Positions 1-9,939 of a stretch of DNA of 64,000 nucleotides are shown piece after piece (the stretch's first letter is position 1; each line of letters begins with the position of its first letter). The DNA is taken from assembly GCA_963708135.1 (NCBI GenBank), contig OY970192.1, positions 3,552,001 to 3,616,000 of the forward strand. The letters run 5' to 3'. Both the position numbers and the translations under genes were made by a program. The notes under the pieces were generated by a model. The model was not told where the DNA came from. It worked only from the letters and a program-made list of their open reading frames with translations, and made no database searches. The stretch comes from an uncultured Gemmatimonadales bacterium. GTDB taxonomy: Bacteria; Gemmatimonadota; Gemmatimonadetes; Longimicrobiales; RSA9.

Positions 1-239
1 TCGTCGGCGCCGGGATCCTGCGCGGCACCGGCGACACGCGCGCTCCCCTCGTCGTCAACATCCTGGGCTTCTGGCTCATCGGCATGCCGACGAGCGTCTG
101 GCTCGGCTTCGAGACCGCCGCCGGTCCGGTCGGGCTGTGGTGGGGGCTCGTCGTCGGGCTCGCCGCCGTGGCGGTCTTTCTGCTAGTCCGCATCCGGCAC
201 CGCTTCGCGCGCGAGGTCGCGCGGCTCAGCATCGATTGA
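1..239 (+). CDS. MATE family efflux transporter, 3' end (partial)
   Basis: Frame from nt 3 reads VGAGILRGTGDTRAPLVVNILGFWLIGMP...GPVGLWWGLVVGL...SID*, typical of a NorM/MATE C-terminus; TGA at 237-239. Confidence 0.85.
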   Translation, partial: VGAGILRGTGDTRAPLVVNILGFWLIGMPTSVWLGFETAAGPVGLWWGLVVGLAAVAVFLLVRIRHRFAREVARLSID

Positions 240-367
240 GCGGCGATTCGAGAAGGACGCGGGCGCCCTCGGCGGAGGCGCGCGGTCTGGCCGAGCGCGC
301 CGCGTCGGTGTACGTTGTTCACAGTCTTGTATACCTGGACCCAGCATCCCCGACAGGAGAGCCAACC

Positions 368-3286
368 ATGAGCCGCTTCCGTGCCCCCGGCGCGCGGGCG
401 AGCGACGCCCGCGCGCATCGAGTTCCGGACCCCGGGCGCGCCGGCGGCGCGCCCGGTCATGGGCGGCCGCGGGCGGGCGGCCGGTGGGCGCATGCGGCGG
501 GCGTCGTCGCCTTCGGGTTGGCGCTTCTGCTCGGGCCGGCGGCGGCGGGCGCACAGGCGCCGGCGGCGGAGGGTTACGACGTCGTAATCCTGCACGGCCG
601 GGTGATCGACCCGGAGACGGGTCTCGACGCGGTGCGGAACGTGGGGCTCACGGGGGGCCGGATCGCGGCGGTCACGGAGCAGGCGATCGCGGGGAAGAGG
701 ACGATCGACGCGACGGGGCTCATCGTGGCGCCGGGGTTCATCGACATGCACGAGCACGGGCAGAACCCGGTGGCGTACTCATTCGAGGTGCGGGACGGGG
801 TGACGACGTCGCTGGAGCTGGAGATCGGGGTGCCGGACATCGACTCCTGGTACGGGGAGCGGGCGGGGAAGACGATCGTCAACTACGGCGCGACGGTGAG
901 CCACCCGCGGGTGCGGGGTGTGGTGATGCACGATCCCGGGACGTTCCTGCCGACGGGCCCGGCGGCGCACCGGGCCGCGACGCCGGCGGAGGAGCGGGCG
1001 ATCATGGCGGGGATCGAGAAGGGGCTGGAGCGGGGCGGGCTGGGGGTCGGGTTCGGGCTGCAGTACACGCCGGCGGCCTCGCACGAGGAGATCCTGGAGG
1101 CGTTCCGGGTGGCGGCGCGGCACCACGCGCCGGCGCACGTGCACCTGCGCTACATGGGGCTCGCGGAGCCGGACAACAGCATCGTCGCGCTGCAGGAGGT
1201 GCTGGCGGACGCGGAGGCGACGGGTGCGCCGCTGCACGTGGTGCACATCCACTCGATGGGGCTGGCGGCCACGCCGATTCTGCTGAAGATGATCGGGGAT
1301 GCGCGGCGCCACGGGGTGGACGTGACGACGGAGGCGTACCCGTACACGGCGGGGGAGACGGAGATCCAGTCGGCGATCTTCGACCCGGGCTGGCAGCAGG
1401 TGCTCGGGATCGGCTATCACGACCTGGAGTGGCCGAAGACGGGGGAGCGGCTCACGGCGGCGACCTTCGCGAAGTACCGCAAGCAGGGCGGCGCGGTGAT
1501 CCTGCACTTCATTCCGGAGGCGGACATGCGGGCGGCGATCACGAGCCCGCTGACGGCGATTGCGAGCGACGGCTCGCTCGAGCCGGACAGCACGGGGCAC
1601 CCGCGGGCGACGGGGACGTACGCGCGCGTGCTCGGCCGGTTCGTGCGGGAGTGGAAGCTGCTGGACTGGAAGACGGCGCTGGCCAAGATGACGATCATGC
1701 CGGCGGAGCGCGTGGCCACGCGGGATCCGGCGATGAAGCGCAAGGGGCGCGTGCAGGTGGGGGCGGACGCGGACATCACGGTCTTCGACCCGAAGACGGT
1801 GCTGGACCGCTCGACGTATGCGCACCCGGCCGTGCCGTCGGCCGGGATCGAGTACGTGCTGGTGAACGGCGTGCCGGTCGTGGTGAAGGGAGAGCTCGAG
1901 CCGGGCGTCTTCCCGGGCCAGCCGGTGCGGGCGCCGATCGAGGCGCCGGCGGCCGCGGCGGCGGGGAGCCTGCCGGGCGCCGTCGTCGCCGGGATCGACT
2001 CGATCGTGGAGGCGCCGCTCGGTGAGGGCCGGATCGCGGGCGCCTCGGTCGCGGTCGGCCGGGCGGGACGCCTGGTCTTCGCGAAGGGCTACGGCCTCGC
2101 GGACCGGGAGAACGCCGTGGCGGTGACGCCGGCGAGCGTCTTCGAGGTGGGGTCGGTGACCAAGCAGTTCACGGCGACGTCGATCCTCCAGCTCGTGGCG
2201 CAGGGGAAGGTGGGGCTCGACGACGAGCTGACGAAGTACCTGCCGGACTACCCGGAGCAGGGGCACCACGTCACGATCCGCGAGCTGCTCCACCACACGT
2301 CGGGGATCAAGAGCTACACGTCGCTGAAGCGGTTCGGCGCCGAGATGACGCGCGACCTGCCGCACGACTCGCTCGTCGCGATGTTCGACACCGTCGCGTT
2401 CGACTTCGACCCGGGCCAGGAGATGCGCTACGACAACTCCGGCTTCTTCCTGCTCGGGCTGGTCGTGGAGAAGGCGAGCGGCGAGAGCTTCGCCGACTAC
2501 ATCCGCGACCACATCTTCCGGCCTCTCGGCATGACCGGCACCCGCTACTGCGACTGGCAGGAGCTCATCCCCCACCGCGCCCACGGCTACGACTCCACGA
2601 AGGACGGGCTGCGCGGCACACACTACCTCAGCATGGCGCTCCCCTACGCCGCGGGCTCGCTCTGCGCGACCGCGCCCGACCTGGTGGCCTGGAACCTCGC
2701 GCTGCACGGTGGCAGGGTGCTCGCCCCCGCGCAGTACGCCACCATGACCAGCCCCGGCCACCTCGCCGATGGCACGCCGCTGCGCTACGGGACCGGCATC
2801 GCGCTGGGCGACGTGGCCGGCCGCCGCTCCATCGGCCACGGCGGCGACATCAACGGCTTCGCCTCCTTCTCGACCTTCTTCCCTGACGACTCGACGGCCG
2901 TGGTCGTGCTGCTCAACACCGAGGGCCCGACGCGCCCGGACGCGCTGGCCGAGCGGATCGCCGAGCGGGTGCTCGGGCCGGCACCGGCGCACCGCACATT
3001 GGCCGCCCCGGCCGACCTCTCGGCCTTCTCCGGCAGCTACGTGCCCATCACGTCGCCGAAGGACACCCTGCGGATCAGCGCGGCGGCGGACGGCGGACTG
3101 CAGGTGGAAACCGTGCGCCGCGGCCAGGTCCCCGGCGCCGAGCCGGTCGAGCCGCACGGGCTTGCCTACCTCGGCGACGACACCTGGGCCGACGGCGGAA
3201 GACGCTTCACCTTCCGGACCCGCGCCGGCTCCCGCGAGGTCGTGGTGGACCAGGTCTACGGGCTGAGGATCTACCGGAAGGAGTGA
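368..3286 (+). CDS. Secreted fusion: N-acyl-D-amino-acid deacylase-like amidohydrolase + beta-lactamase-family serine hydrolase
   Basis: RBS AGGAGA before ATG 368; signal-like stretch ending AGAQA; amidohydrolase motifs (PGFIDMHEH, IASDG, GADADITVFDP); then SxxK (GSVTKQF), YDN and HGG motifs. Confidence 0.85.
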   Translation: MSRFRAPGARASDARAHRVPDPGRAGGAPGHGRPRAGGRWAHAAGVVAFGLALLLGPAAAGAQAPAAEGYDVVILHGRVIDPETGLDAVRNVGLTGGRIAAVTEQAIAGKRTIDATGLIVAPGFIDMHEHGQNPVAYSFEVRDGVTTSLELEIGVPDIDSWYGERAGKTIVNYGATVSHPRVRGVVMHDPGTFLPTGPAAHRAATPAEERAIMAGIEKGLERGGLGVGFGLQYTPAASHEEILEAFRVAARHHAPAHVHLRYMGLAEPDNSIVALQEVLADAEATGAPLHVVHIHSMGLAATPILLKMIGDARRHGVDVTTEAYPYTAGETEIQSAIFDPGWQQVLGIGYHDLEWPKTGERLTAATFAKYRKQGGAVILHFIPEADMRAAITSPLTAIASDGSLEPDSTGHPRATGTYARVLGRFVREWKLLDWKTALAKMTIMPAERVATRDPAMKRKGRVQVGADADITVFDPKTVLDRSTYAHPAVPSAGIEYVLVNGVPVVVKGELEPGVFPGQPVRAPIEAPAAAAAGSLPGAVVAGIDSIVEAPLGEGRIAGASVAVGRAGRLVFAKGYGLADRENAVAVTPASVFEVGSVTKQFTATSILQLVAQGKVGLDDELTKYLPDYPEQGHHVTIRELLHHTSGIKSYTSLKRFGAEMTRDLPHDSLVAMFDTVAFDFDPGQEMRYDNSGFFLLGLVVEKASGESFADYIRDHIFRPLGMTGTRYCDWQELIPHRAHGYDSTKDGLRGTHYLSMALPYAAGSLCATAPDLVAWNLALHGGRVLAPAQYATMTSPGHLADGTPLRYGTGIALGDVAGRRSIGHGGDINGFASFSTFFPDDSTAVVVLLNTEGPTRPDALAERIAERVLGPAPAHRTLAAPADLSAFSGSYVPITSPKDTLRISAAADGGLQVETVRRGQVPGAEPVEPHGLAYLGDDTWADGGRRFTFRTRAGSREVVVDQVYGLRIYRKE

Positions 3287-3423
3287 GTCGGGCCGCGCCG
3301 CTCCGCGGTGGTCGGAAGCGGTCAAAGCCGGTCCTTGGCGCGCGGCAGCGGGCATGCCGGTCGCACGGGCTGTGGGTCGCCCAATTCGTTATCCGACAAC
3401 CATTTCCCTGAAGAGTTCCGCCC

Positions 3424-3439
3424 GGGTCCGGAGGTTGCC
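3424..3439 (+). promoter_or_regulatory. Putative sigma54 -24/-12 promoter
   Basis: GGGTCCGGAGGTTGCC: GG-N10-GC with TTGC at -12, about 50 nt upstream of ATG 3489. Confidence 0.4.
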
Positions 3440-3488
3440 TCCTCGCGCATGCGTCCACGCGCGATTCATCTCCAATCCGGAGGCGACC

Positions 3489-3740
3489 ATGAGCGGGTTC
3501 GGCGGCACCAACGGCATCCTCACACCCACGCCCTGGCCGGATCTGCCGGACGTCCCGATCGGCATCCCGGAGCCGGGGCCGATCTACCCGCCTCTCCCGC
3601 TCCCGACGCCGCTCTCGCCGGACGCGCTCGCCGGCACGACGGGGGGGAGCGGGCCGGGCGACCCGCTGCTCGACTGGCTCCTCGCGGCGATCGGCCCGAG
3701 CGGCACGGGCCCGACGTACCCGACGCCGCCGCTCGGCTGA
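3489..3740 (+). CDS. Small proline-rich protein of unknown function (83 aa)
   Basis: GGAGG RBS; 21 Pro and no Arg/Lys/His/Cys/Gln, unlike the Arg-rich shadow ORFs of this DNA; fits the gap before convergent ettA. Confidence 0.65.
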   Translation: MSGFGGTNGILTPTPWPDLPDVPIGIPEPGPIYPPLPLPTPLSPDALAGTTGGSGPGDPLLDWLLAAIGPSGTGPTYPTPPLG

Positions 3741-3755
3741 GGCGGGGCGGCGGCC

Positions 3756-5444
3756 TCAGCCGCGGACCAGCTTCCGGTAGTGGATGCGGTGGGGCTGGTC
3801 CGCCTCGGCGCCGAGGCGGCGGTGGCGGTCGGCCTCGTACTCCTGGTAGTTGCCCTCGAAGAAGACGACGCTGCTGTCGCCCTCGAAGGCCAGGATGTGG
3901 CTGCAGATGCGGTCGAGGAACCAGCGGTCGTGCGAGACGACGATGGCGGAGCCCGCGAAGTCGAGGAGCGCCTCCTCGAGCGCCCGCAGCGTATCCACGT
4001 CGAGATCGTTGGTGGGCTCGTCCAGCAGGATGAGGTTCGCGCCCTGCCTCAGCACGCGCGCGAGGTGGACACGGTTGCGCTCGCCGCCGGAGAGGATCCC
4101 GACCTTCTTCTGCTGGTCTGCGCCGCGGAAGTTGAACCAGGAGCAGTACGCGCGCGCGCTGACGGTCGCGCGGCCGACCTGGATGTCGTCGGCGCCGCCG
4201 GAGATCTCCTGGTAGACGGACTTCGAGGCGTCCAGCACGTCGCGGCTCTGGTCCACGTAGGCGAGCTGGACCGTGGCGCCGAGCCGGACGCTGCCCGCGT
4301 CCGGCTGCTCCTGGCCGGTGATCAGGCGCAGGAGCGTTGTCTTGCCGGAGCCGTTCGCGCCAATGACGCCGACAATGCCGGCGCGCGGCAGGCTGAAGGA
4401 CAGGTTCTCGAAGAGCAGCCGATCGCCGTAGCCCTTCGTGAGCCCCTCGGCGACGACCAGCTCGTCCCCGAGCCGGGGCCCGGCGGGGATGACGATCTCC
4501 GCCGTGGTGAGCTTCTCTCGCGGATCCTGGGCGAGCAGCTGCTCGTAGGCGTTGAGGCGGGCCCTGCCTTTCGACTGCCGGGCGCGGGGCGCCATGCGGA
4601 CCCACTCGAGCTCGTGCTCGAGGGTACGCTGTCGGGCGGAGGTCTGCTTCTCCTCCTGGGACAGGCGCTGCTTCTTCTGCTCGAGCCAGGAGGAGTAGTT
4701 CCCCTTCCAGGGGATGCCCGCGCCGCGGTCGAGCTCGAGGATCCACTCGGCCACGTTGTCGAGGAAGTAGCGGTCGTGGGTGACGGCCACGATCGTGCCC
4801 TCGAACTCCTTCAGGTGCCGCTCGAGCCACGCCACGGACTCCGCGTCCAGGTGGTTGGTGGGCTCATCGAGGAGCAGCATGTCCGGCTCCTCGAGCAGCA
4901 CCTTGCAGAGGGCGACACGCCGCCGCTCACCGCCGGAGAGGCGGGTCACGTCCGCATCCGCGGGCGGGAGCCGGAGCGCGTCCATGGCGATCTCGATCTT
5001 GCGCTCCAGGTCCCAGGCGCCGGCGGCCTCGATGGCGTCCTGCACGCGCGCCTGCTCGTCGAGCAGCGCCTGCATGGCATCATCGTCCATGGGCTCGGCG
5101 AAGCGCGCGTTGATGGCGTCGAAGCGGGAGAGCAGGTCGCGAGTGGCGCGGACCGCCTCCTCGACGTTGCCTTTCACGTCGAGCTGGGGATCGAGCTCGG
5201 GCTCTTGCGGCAGGTAGCCGATGCGCGTGCCGGCCATCGGCCAGGCCTCGCCCTGAAAGTCCGCGTCCACGCCCGCCATGATGCGCAGCAGAGAGGACTT
5301 GCCCGCGCCGTTCGGCCCGACGACGCCGATCTTGGCGCCGGGGTAGAACGACAGCCATATGCCCTTCAGGATCTCGCGCGAGGGCGGCACGACCTTGCGC
5401 AGGTCCTTCATGACGTAGATGAACTTGGAGGTGTCGGTGCTCAT
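3756..5444 (-). CDS. ettA: Energy-dependent translational throttle protein EttA (ABC-F)
   Basis: Two ABC domains ([41 protein letters not shown]); EttA-typical [15 protein letters not shown] and [10 protein letters not shown]. Confidence 0.95.
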   Translation of the reverse strand: MSTDTSKFIYVMKDLRKVVPPSREILKGIWLSFYPGAKIGVVGPNGAGKSSLLRIMAGVDADFQGEAWPMAGTRIGYLPQEPELDPQLDVKGNVEEAVRATRDLLSRFDAINARFAEPMDDDAMQALLDEQARVQDAIEAAGAWDLERKIEIAMDALRLPPADADVTRLSGGERRRVALCKVLLEEPDMLLLDEPTNHLDAESVAWLERHLKEFEGTIVAVTHDRYFLDNVAEWILELDRGAGIPWKGNYSSWLEQKKQRLSQEEKQTSARQRTLEHELEWVRMAPRARQSKGRARLNAYEQLLAQDPREKLTTAEIVIPAGPRLGDELVVAEGLTKGYGDRLLFENLSFSLPRAGIVGVIGANGSGKTTLLRLITGQEQPDAGSVRLGATVQLAYVDQSRDVLDASKSVYQEISGGADDIQVGRATVSARAYCSWFNFRGADQQKKVGILSGGERNRVHLARVLRQGANLILLDEPTNDLDVDTLRALEEALLDFAGSAIVVSHDRWFLDRICSHILAFEGDSSVVFFEGNYQEYEADRHRRLGAEADQPHRIHYRKLVRG

Positions 5445-5586
5445 GCTCGCTCGCGACGGGTCGGCGTGGTAGTGGCCGGATAAGCTAACGGGAGCCGCCG
5501 CGCGGGTCAGCCCCGGGGGTCCCCGCCGGGGTGTTCCACGGCGCCTCGGGGAGGTCGGCGCGGGGGGTGCGCGGCCATGCCTTTCA

Positions 5587-5632
5587 TTGCATACACGGCG
5601 GTGTGGCCTTAGGTTATGGGGTTACATCCATA
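5587..5632 (+). promoter_or_regulatory. Putative sigma70 promoter with overlapping inverted repeat
   Basis: TTGCAT-N17-TAGGTT (5587-5615) followed by TATGG-N8-CCATA (5615-5632), in an AT-richer patch before ATG 5661. Confidence 0.4.
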
Positions 5633-5660
5633 CGCTAGGCAACCGCTTTTCGAGGACGAG

Positions 5661-7172
5661 ATGACTGCTGTGGCCGCACTGGAAAACCCGCTGATCATCC
5701 AGGGTGGGATGGGAGTCGGGGTGTCGGATTGGGTGCTGGCACGGGCCGTCTCGCTCCGGGGCCAGCTCGGGGTGGTGTCGGGCACGTGCATCGACTCGGT
5801 GCTGGTGAGGCGGTTGCAGGATGGGGACGTGGGGGGGCACATCCGACGCGCAATGGAGCACTTCCCGATGCCGGACGTGACCGGAGAGGTGCTGCGGAAG
5901 TACTTCCGGCCGGAGGGTCGGGAGCCGGACGAGCCTTACAAGCTGCTGCCGATGTATCGACAGGTGGTGTCGAGCGCACGCGAGCGGCTGACGATGCTCG
6001 CGTCCTTCGTCGAGGTGTTCCTGGCCAAGGAGGGGCATGACGGCTGGGTCGGCATGAACCTGCTGACCAAGGTGCAGATGCCGAACCTCGCCACCCTGTA
6101 CGGGGCAATGCTCGCCGGAGTGGACTACGTCCTGATGGGGGCGGGGATCCCCAAGGAGATTCCGGGCGTGCTGGACCGCTTCGCGCGCCACGAGAAGGCC
6201 TCGCTGAAGTTCGAGGTCGAGGGGCTCGCGCACGGCGAGTCGGAGGAGCTGACGTTCGACCCCAGGGACCACTTCGACGCACCGCCTCTCGAGATCAAGC
6301 GGCCGAAATTCCTGCCGATCATCTCCTCGAACTCCCTCGCCACGATGCTGGTGCGCAAGGCCAGCGGGCCGGTGGACGGCTTCGTGGTGGAGGCACCCAC
6401 CGCCGGCGGCCACAACGCGCCGCCACGGGGGGCGCCGGTCTACAACGAGCGAGGCGAGCCGCAGTACGGCGAGCGGGACGAGGTCGATCTGGACAAGCTT
6501 GGGGAGCACGGACTGCCGTTCTGGCTGGCGGGCGGAGCCGGCTCGCCGGACAAGCTCTGCGAGGCCCTCGAGGCGGGCGCGGCGGGCATCCAGGTGGGGA
6601 CGCTGTTCGCCTACTCGGACGAGTCGGGGATCGCGCCGGAGCTCAAGCGGTCGGTGATCGCGCAGGCGCAGGATGAGCGCACCGACGTGGTAACGGATCC
6701 CCGCGCCTCCCCGACGGGCTACCCGTTCAAGGTGGTGCAGCTGCAGGGGACGCTCTCACAGCACATCCTCTACCAGCAGCGGGAGCGGGTGTGCGACCTG
6801 GGTTACCTGCGCATTGCCTACAAGAGGGAGGACGGCCGGATCGACTACCGCTGCGCGGCCGAACCGGTGGAGACGTACCGGAAGAAGGGCGGAGCCGTGG
6901 ACGACACGGTCGGCCGCAAGTGCCTGTGCAACGGGCTCTTCGCCACGATCGGCCACGCGCAGGTACGGGCCGGCGGGCGGCCCGAGCGGCCGGTGGTCAC
7001 GAGCGGCGACGCGCTGGACACGATCCGTCAGCTGGTGAAGCCGGGGCGCAGCGGCTACAGCGCGGGGGAGGTTCTGGATTACCTGATGTCGGCGCTGCCG
7101 GCGGCACTGCTGCCGGTGCACCGCCGGCGACGACTGGCGGCCTCCCGTCCCGCCCGGACGCTCACCGCGTAG
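5661..7172 (+). CDS. Nitronate monooxygenase family flavoprotein
   Basis: PLIIQGGMGVGVS, AGGHNAPPRG, GIQVGTLFA, and the Cys motif CDLGYLR...YRC...RKCLCNGL. Confidence 0.9.
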   Translation: MTAVAALENPLIIQGGMGVGVSDWVLARAVSLRGQLGVVSGTCIDSVLVRRLQDGDVGGHIRRAMEHFPMPDVTGEVLRKYFRPEGREPDEPYKLLPMYRQVVSSARERLTMLASFVEVFLAKEGHDGWVGMNLLTKVQMPNLATLYGAMLAGVDYVLMGAGIPKEIPGVLDRFARHEKASLKFEVEGLAHGESEELTFDPRDHFDAPPLEIKRPKFLPIISSNSLATMLVRKASGPVDGFVVEAPTAGGHNAPPRGAPVYNERGEPQYGERDEVDLDKLGEHGLPFWLAGGAGSPDKLCEALEAGAAGIQVGTLFAYSDESGIAPELKRSVIAQAQDERTDVVTDPRASPTGYPFKVVQLQGTLSQHILYQQRERVCDLGYLRIAYKREDGRIDYRCAAEPVETYRKKGGAVDDTVGRKCLCNGLFATIGHAQVRAGGRPERPVVTSGDALDTIRQLVKPGRSGYSAGEVLDYLMSALPAALLPVHRRRRLAASRPARTLTA

Positions 7173-7214
7173 CCGACCCGGCCCTCCGCCCGCGGCGCCC
7201 GGCGTGCCGCACGA

Positions 7215-7259
7215 CGCCCCGGCCGCCGCGCCCGTTCTTCGGGCGCGGCGGCCGGGGCG
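7215..7259. terminator. Perfect 20-bp hairpin between convergent genes (probable terminator)
   Basis: CGCCCCGGCCGCCGCGCCCG-TTCTT-CGGGCGCGGCGGCCGGGGCG. Confidence 0.7.
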
Positions 7260-7343
7260 GTTTGGTCTCTGGGTGTGGCGTCCGAATCCCGACCCGAAGC
7301 CGCGTGGCGCCCGGCACGCACGACGACCCTGCGTGCGCACGGC

Positions 7344-8507
7344 TCACGGGTGCCGCGGCTGGGCGCCCCAGCGGCCGATACGTCCGTTCGTCCCCGCGGC
7401 CAGCCCGAGGCCTCCGTCGAAGGCGACGGTGTTCCAGGCCTCGTCCGAAATCGCCGTCCAGGTGACGCCGTCATCGAGCGAGTACCCGGAGCCGGACGGC
7501 CCCACCGCGAAGAGCGCCCGCCGCCCGCCGAAGCGTCCCCAGGCGACGCCGTAACGCACACCCGCCGGGAGCGCCCGCCCCGCCACGGTCCACGTCCGGC
7601 CCCCATCGTCCGTCCTCAGCACGTTCTGCAGGGAGACCGTCGGCTTCTGGTAGTCTCCACCGACCGCGGCCCCGTGCTGCGCATCGCGGAAGGCGAGGCC
7701 GAAGATGCCTGCGGTGGCGCCGCCGGGGAGCGGGGTGTCCGCCACACTCCAGGTTCGGCCGTAGTCTGTGGTCCGGAACACCCGCGCGTGTGCGCCGCCG
7801 CCGGTGCCGAACCAGGCGCGCCCGTCCGGGCCGGTCACGATCGCCGTCCCGCTGGCGGCGAAGCCCGCCTCGCCGGCGAGCGGGGGCGGGATCGAGGCGT
7901 TAGGTACCTCGGCCCAGGTCCGGCCGCCATCGTCGGTGCGCACAATGAGGAAGGCGCCATCCACCGGGTCGCTGAAAGCGAGGCCGCGCCGCCCGTCCCA
8001 GAAGGCCATGCCGTCGAAGAAGACGCCCGTCCCGCTCCTGCGGTACTGCTCGGACCAGTGGAGGCCGCCGTCCACGGTGTGGTAGATCCGGCTCTCGCCG
8101 CCGTTGAAGTCGGTGCCGAGAAGCCAGGCCGTATCCGGTCCCGTCGCGTACGCATCGACGAGGAAGAGGGTGGCCGCCTGCGGGATGGAGTCGACCGTCC
8201 AGTTTCCGCCGCCGTCGGTGGTGCGCAACCACGCCCCGCCCCGCCCCGCCGCCCAGCCGGCCTCGCCCGCCAGGGTCAACCCCCGGATCTCCGGGCCACC
8301 CGAGTGCTGGCCCACCCAGCCGAAGGTGGACGGGCCGACCAGGGTGTCGTTGGGGGAGGAATCCGGCGGAAGCACGCGCGGCAGCACCCGGCCCCCGGGA
8401 CCGGGCGAGGCCGGCCCGGGCGCAGGCGCGGGCGGCCCTGGCGCGACCGCGCCGCCGCAGCCGAGCGCGAGCGGCAGAAGGAGCAGGATGGTGGTGGCGA
8501 AGCGCAT
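7344..8507 (-). CDS. Lipoprotein with BNR/Asp-box beta-propeller (Ycf48-like)
   Basis: Lipobox LALGC; repeated T-x-D-G-G-x-x-W boxes; FFDGMAFWD, GEAGFAASGT. Confidence 0.85.
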   Translation of the reverse strand: MRFATTILLLLPLALGCGGAVAPGPPAPAPGPASPGPGGRVLPRVLPPDSSPNDTLVGPSTFGWVGQHSGGPEIRGLTLAGEAGWAAGRGGAWLRTTDGGGNWTVDSIPQAATLFLVDAYATGPDTAWLLGTDFNGGESRIYHTVDGGLHWSEQYRRSGTGVFFDGMAFWDGRRGLAFSDPVDGAFLIVRTDDGGRTWAEVPNASIPPPLAGEAGFAASGTAIVTGPDGRAWFGTGGGAHARVFRTTDYGRTWSVADTPLPGGATAGIFGLAFRDAQHGAAVGGDYQKPTVSLQNVLRTDDGGRTWTVAGRALPAGVRYGVAWGRFGGRRALFAVGPSGSGYSLDDGVTWTAISDEAWNTVAFDGGLGLAAGTNGRIGRWGAQPRHP

Positions 8508-8602
8508 GGGCTCTCCGGCTGGGCTGTGGGGGCGCGGCGGGCGCGCGCGGATTCGCGGCACGTTCCGGACCGGCGGGAGCTGCGGGGCGGCATCGCCTGG
8601 CG

Positions 8603-9775
8603 TCAATCCTCGGGCGGCTGAGGCGCGGCATGGAACCAGCGGGCCATGAGCACATCGGTCGAGGAGTGAGCGATCATCGAGATCACAATGGTGATGGCGG
8701 CAATGTGGTAGACGTCGACCGCCTGCGCGACCTGGGTGCGGAGCACGAAGAGGGCGTAGACCACGGAGGCGAAGCCCTTGGGTCCGAACCACCCGGCGGC
8801 GAGCTTCTCGCCGCGGGTGAATGGGGTGCCGGCGAGGGAGATCCAGACGATGGGCGGGCGCACGGCGAGGAGCGCGAGGACGGCGAAGAGGTAGGCGCGC
8901 CAGCCCACGGTCAGCAGGAAGTGGATGGAGATGAGGGCGCCGAAGACGAGTAGCGCGGCAAGCTTGAGGAGCTCCGCGATCGACTCCGTGAACGCGTGGA
9001 AGCCGGCCTTGAGGTCCGGATCGGCGGCGGCCACCGTGGCGCCGGCGGTGAAGGCGGCGAGGAAGGAGTTGGCGCCGATGAGGTCGGCGACCGCGTAGAC
9101 GAGAACGCCCAGCGCGAAGGCGCCGAGGGGCTGATAGCGCTCGGTGGCGGAGAAGAAGGGGAGGTGGCCGAGCATGATCGCGCCGAGCGCGATCGCCACG
9201 CCGAGCACGAGGCCGGCGGCCAGGTGCGAGTAGAGCGAGGGCAGGTCGGTGCCGCCCCGGGACATGAGCGCGATGAAGGCGAGCACGGCGGGGAGCGCGA
9301 GGCCATCGTTCAGGCCGCTCTCGACGTTGAGCATCCGGCTGAGCCGGCCGGGCGTCGTCTTGCGGCCGACGAGCGCGGAGGCGAACACGGGGTCGGTGGG
9401 CGTTAGCACCGCCGCAAGCAGGAGCGCCGGCAGCCACGCGAGCCCCGCCACGAAGCGCGCGAGCAGTGTCAGCGCGCCGAAGGCAAGCGGCATCCCGATG
9501 AGCAGGACGCGAGCGGAGTAGTGCCACTCCCGCCGGAGCGAGGGGATGTCGAGGCGCATGCCGTCCGTGAACAGCACGGCGAAGAGCGCCAGCTCCGCCA
9601 GGCGGGAGACCACCGGCGCGATGGGCTGGAACTCGATGAGGTCGAGCGCCGAGCCGGAGATGAGGAACCCCGCCACCAGGAACAGCACCGCCGTGGACAG
9701 CACGCTCCGCTCGGCGAGGGTGGAGACGTACACCGCGAGCAGCAGCGCGAGGGCGTAGGCGGCGAGTGCTTCCAA
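8603..9775 (-). CDS. Cation:proton antiporter (CPA1/NhaP-type)
   Basis: Multiple TM helices; LFTDG, TPTDPVFA, VESGLNDG, WFGPKGFAS; TTG start inferred. Confidence 0.85.
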   Translation of the reverse strand: MEALAAYALALLLAVYVSTLAERSVLSTAVLFLVAGFLISGSALDLIEFQPIAPVVSRLAELALFAVLFTDGMRLDIPSLRREWHYSARVLLIGMPLAFGALTLLARFVAGLAWLPALLLAAVLTPTDPVFASALVGRKTTPGRLSRMLNVESGLNDGLALPAVLAFIALMSRGGTDLPSLYSHLAAGLVLGVAIALGAIMLGHLPFFSATERYQPLGAFALGVLVYAVADLIGANSFLAAFTAGATVAAADPDLKAGFHAFTESIAELLKLAALLVFGALISIHFLLTVGWRAYLFAVLALLAVRPPIVWISLAGTPFTRGEKLAAGWFGPKGFASVVYALFVLRTQVAQAVDVYHIAAITIVISMIAHSSTDVLMARWFHAAPQPPED

Positions 9776-9939
9776 GTCGCTCCGGTGGCAGGGGTGCGCA
9801 GCTCCGCGGTGGAGGCTCCGCACGCCGCGTTCCGGTGGCTCCCGAAGTCGACAGCCGGCAACGTCCCGGCCCGCCGCGGCCCTGCTCGGCGCCGGAGCGT
9901 GCTTGGCGCCGCCACCGGCCGGGGCTTATCTTCGCCGCC

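Noticed and set aside
779..3355. Long antisense ORFs here and opposite ettA, DUF5916 and GS III
   Set aside because: Expected stop-codon scarcity in very GC-rich DNA; no recognisable motifs
3489..3740. Pro-rich ORF as a RiPP precursor with a biosynthetic cluster
   Set aside because: No radical SAM, YcaO, lanthipeptide, lasso or peptidase-transporter genes nearby; kept only as an unknown small protein
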